From the NCBI GenBank assembly GCA_035481795.1, contig DATHRI010000007.1, positions 73,939-137,938 on the forward strand: a stretch of DNA of 64,000 nt. The letters are read 5' to 3'. This DNA is from Steroidobacteraceae bacterium. GTDB lineage: Bacteria; Pseudomonadota; Gammaproteobacteria; Steroidobacterales; Steroidobacteraceae. Position 1 is the first letter of the stretch, and every line of letters starts with the position of its first letter. Below, piece after piece: positions 61,267-64,000 of this stretch. A program made the position numbers and the translations under genes. Under the pieces are notes generated by a model, which did not search any database, was not told where the DNA came from, and worked only from the letters and a program-made list of their open reading frames with translations.

Positions 61267-62192
61267 TTCGCAATCCGTGGGCGGCGCCGCATCGGGCGTT
61301 TTTTGCTCTGCTTTGGCGACGCCGGGGCCTGTGCGCGCAGGTGCGCTCGCAACAGCTTCACTTGCCGATGAAGTGAATTGACTTCGGCGCGCGTCGGCAC
61401 GTCAAACTGCTTTGCCCACGCTTCAAGCTCGCGTTGTTGCTCGGCGCGCACGGCATTCGAGCTGTTCGCTAAATCGGCGATGAGCTGCCCGTACTCGGGA
61501 CTGTGCGCGACGCTGCCGTACACTTCTTCGGCGCATTCAATCCACAGATCGTAAATGGCCTTAATGCTGCCCATGGAGCGGGCCGGCGTGCCGCCCTCGG
61601 CGGCACTTAGGCGCGCGCTGAATTTCTTCGTCGTCTCGGCGCCGATATGAATCCACTGCCGAGCGAGCTTCGCCTGCACTTCCTGATAGTTCGCAAGCAG
61701 ACGGGTAAATCTTTGCCACGCTTCCTGCCGCTCACGCGTCAATCCGAGCGCGGCGAACTCGGGCGGTGAAGCGGTGGATCCCAAGCCCGGCGCAGAGGAG
61801 CCCAGGCCAAGCATCAGCGTTTGCCACCATTGTTGAGGATCCGGGGGGCTGCGAAAGTTCGGCAGCTGTCCGAACCGCGCTCCGAGCTCTTCAAACCAAG
61901 TGTTCATGATGGCCGCAAACGACCGGGCGCGGCCTGCTGGGTCCGCCGCGTTGGCATCGCTCTGCGCTAGCGCGCGCCCGAGGCCGAGGTATTGTTCCCA
62001 GGCGTTGCTGAATTCGCGCATGAAAGGTGGCGCGCCGCCTTCCGCGGTTGCGGCGCGCTTGAGCCACCAATCAAACATCCCCGATACGTCGGCCGGACCG
62101 GAGCTCTGCTTCAGCCAGCGTTGTAACAGCTCTTGCTGCATCTGAAGCAGGGTCCCGGGCCCGGGATCCGTCTGGGAGCTGTTATCAGCCAT
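61263..62192 (-). CDS. phaE: Class III PHA synthase subunit PhaE
   Basis: Immediately upstream of, and translationally coupled to, the class III phaC. Size and low-complexity middle region are typical of PhaE. Start ATG 62192 has a GGAGG RBS. Confidence 0.75.
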   Translation of the reverse strand: MADNSSQTDPGPGTLLQMQQELLQRWLKQSSGPADVSGMFDWWLKRAATAEGGAPPFMREFSNAWEQYLGLGRALAQSDANAADPAGRARSFAAIMNTWFEELGARFGQLPNFRSPPDPQQWWQTLMLGLGSSAPGLGSTASPPEFAALGLTRERQEAWQRFTRLLANYQEVQAKLARQWIHIGAETTKKFSARLSAAEGGTPARSMGSIKAIYDLWIECAEEVYGSVAHSPEYGQLIADLANSSNAVRAEQQRELEAWAKQFDVPTRAEVNSLHRQVKLLRAHLRAQAPASPKQSKKRPMRRRPRIAK

Positions 62193-62474
62193 CGACCCTC
62201 CTTCGCGTATGCGGCGCAAGACAAAGATGTATCTCGACGCAGAACCGCTTGTTCCAGTGATTCACAGGGATTATGCAATATCATGATTTACAGGATAAAA
62301 ACGCCCTGCACCGGCACGTCGTCTTATGTTGCCCGGTGCTGCAGGCAGTTGTGCGGCGCATACAAACAAGATTACGATAGCCCTCATGATACTCCCCGCC
62401 CATGCGTTCTCGCACGGCTTCACCCCGAGTGTGGGGCGGGCCCCCGTGGCCATTTCCCGGACGGGTCCCCGCTC

Positions 62475-62978
62475 TTGAGCGACGTACGCATCATCAAAAA
62501 GTACGCGAATCGGCGGTTGTATGACGCGACGGCCAGTCGTCACGTCACCTTAGACGACCTGCGAAAGCTCATCGTCGGCGGTGAAAAGATCAAAGTGGTC
62601 GATGACAAATCGGGAGAAGATCTCACCCGGGCGACCCTGCTGCAGATCATCGCGGAACAGGAACAATTCGCAACGCCGGTGCTCAGCACGGAACTGATGG
62701 AAACCGTAATCCGCTTCTACGGTAATCCCGTACAGGAACTGCTGACTCGCTATCTCGAGCAGAGCGTCGGTAATGTGCTCCGGCAACAACAGACGCTACA
62801 GGCGCAAATGGCCAAAGCGCTCGAGGCGCCGATGGCGCCGATCACAGATCTCGCGCGCCAGAACATGGCCCTGTGGTCGACGATGCAAGCCTCGATGTTA
62901 TCGGCCATGGGGATACCGGCGCCGAATGAGACCGCAAAGAGCGCCTCTGACTCGACCGACAAGAAAGACAAACCGTAA
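62475..62978 (+). CDS. phaR: PHA synthesis repressor PhaR
   Basis: IIKKYANRRLYDATASRHVTLDDL...GEDLTRATLLQII is the PhaR N-terminal DNA-binding signature. Start proposed at in-frame TTG 62475. Confidence 0.85.
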   Translation: MSDVRIIKKYANRRLYDATASRHVTLDDLRKLIVGGEKIKVVDDKSGEDLTRATLLQIIAEQEQFATPVLSTELMETVIRFYGNPVQELLTRYLEQSVGNVLRQQQTLQAQMAKALEAPMAPITDLARQNMALWSTMQASMLSAMGIPAPNETAKSASDSTDKKDKP

Positions 62979-63064
62979 ATGGGGCACCGCTGGCAAGCGC
63001 CGCGCGGCACTGCTTGCGCGCCATCTCCGCCCATTCATGGAGAGCTGCAAGGACCTTATTAGAT

Positions 63065-63826
63065 ATGCAAGTGCAATCGAAGACCGTCGCAATCACAGGC
63101 GCGGGCCGCGGCATTGGACGCGCGCTAGCCCGTCAATTTGCCGAGCGGGGCGCAAACATGGCACTGCTCGATGTGAATGCCGCGGACCTTGATGAGACTC
63201 GTACACTATGTCAGGCACACGGTATTGAAGCGCGCTGCTATCGCGCCGACGTAGCCGCAGAGGACCAGGTGATCGCCGTCATGGAGGCGATCGTGCACGA
63301 CTTCGGACGCTTTGACGTGATTGTCAATAATGCGGGGATCGTCGACGACGCATTGCTGATCCAGGTCAGGAACGGTGTCGTATCGGACAGGATGAGTCTC
63401 AGTAAGTGGCAAGCCGTCGTTAACGTGAATCTCACCGGCGTATTCCTCTGCGCCCGCGAGGCCGCGGCGCACATGGTGAAACTCGGACAAGGTGGCGTCA
63501 TCGTCAATATCTCGAGCATCTCGCGGCATGGCAATGTAGGGCAGACAAACTATACGGCGACGAAAGCGGGCGTGGCGGCGATGACCGTGGTGTGGGCAAA
63601 AGAACTCGCGCGGTATGGCATCCGCGCCGGGGCGATCGCACCGGGATTCACCGACACGGAGATCCTGGCGCAAATGCGGCCCGAGGTGCTGCAGAAGGTT
63701 ATCGCGCCGGTCCCACTGCGGCGCCTGGGCGCGCCGGCCGAGATCGCGCACGCGGCGCTGTTCATTGTGGAAAATGAATTTTTCACGGGGCGCTGTATCG
63801 ATCTGGACGGTGGACTGCGGCTGTAG
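63065..63826 (+). CDS. SDR family oxidoreductase (FabG-like)
   Basis: TGAGRGIG, NNAG and YTATKAG motifs. Start ATG 63065 (MQVQSK..). Confidence 0.85.
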   Translation: MQVQSKTVAITGAGRGIGRALARQFAERGANMALLDVNAADLDETRTLCQAHGIEARCYRADVAAEDQVIAVMEAIVHDFGRFDVIVNNAGIVDDALLIQVRNGVVSDRMSLSKWQAVVNVNLTGVFLCAREAAAHMVKLGQGGVIVNISSISRHGNVGQTNYTATKAGVAAMTVVWAKELARYGIRAGAIAPGFTDTEILAQMRPEVLQKVIAPVPLRRLGAPAEIAHAALFIVENEFFTGRCIDLDGGLRL

Positions 63827-64000
63827 GCGCGCCGCGCAGAGGTGCCCTGCGTGTGCTTTCTCCCTCCCCGAACCTCTTGCGCCGCGTTACAATTGCGTGA
63901 TCGTGCGTTACTGAATCTCTACATAGTCTAAATATAATTTATATCTATCAACTACTTATAGAGTTCTAGTTACACCGCTAACCGCTCTTCCGATTTATCT

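Overview
GC-rich proteobacterial chromosome segment; the gene order suggests a gammaproteobacterium, but that is inference only.

- **1-23.2 kb, housekeeping:** putA, kbl-tdh, sppA, rpsP-rimM-trmD-rplS, ffh, radA, a PP2C phosphatase / double-FHA pair, alr-dnaB-rplI-rpsR-rpsF and rlmB-rnr.
- **23.2-35.2 kb, relic island:** accessory DNA starts at a tRNA-Leu(CAG) gene. A perfect 22-bp copy of the tRNA 3' end recurs at 35.2 kb. The two copies bracket about 12 kb with no integrase. It carries an RHH-PIN toxin-antitoxin pair, a multiply frameshifted TIR-TPR pseudogene, hydrolases, a LysR regulator, a flavoprotein, OsmC and metY.
- **35.6-39.8 kb:** just outside the right repeat lies an intact 672-aa TIR / transmembrane / TPR protein. 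Two secreted proteins of unknown function sit upstream on the same strand.
- **40.6-54.1 kb, two-component and c-di-GMP signalling:**
  - a CHASE3-PAS kinase with a near-identical 384-bp internal tandem duplication;
  - a hybrid kinase, REC-HPt, REC-GGDEF and single-domain receivers;
  - two paralogous REC-PAS-GGDEF-EAL genes flanking a Crp/Fnr regulator;
  - an orphan intrinsic terminator that implies an unannotated small transcript.
- **54.2-63.8 kb:** HiPIP and a complete class III PHA module (phaA, phaB, phaE-phaC, phaR, acs).

I saw no rRNA, CRISPR array, intact transposase or integrase. The most novel-looking candidates are the receptor-like TIR-TM-TPR protein with its decayed paralog, and the signalling cluster with its putative sRNA. 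All calls rest on reading the sequence and ORF translations by eye; no database search was run.
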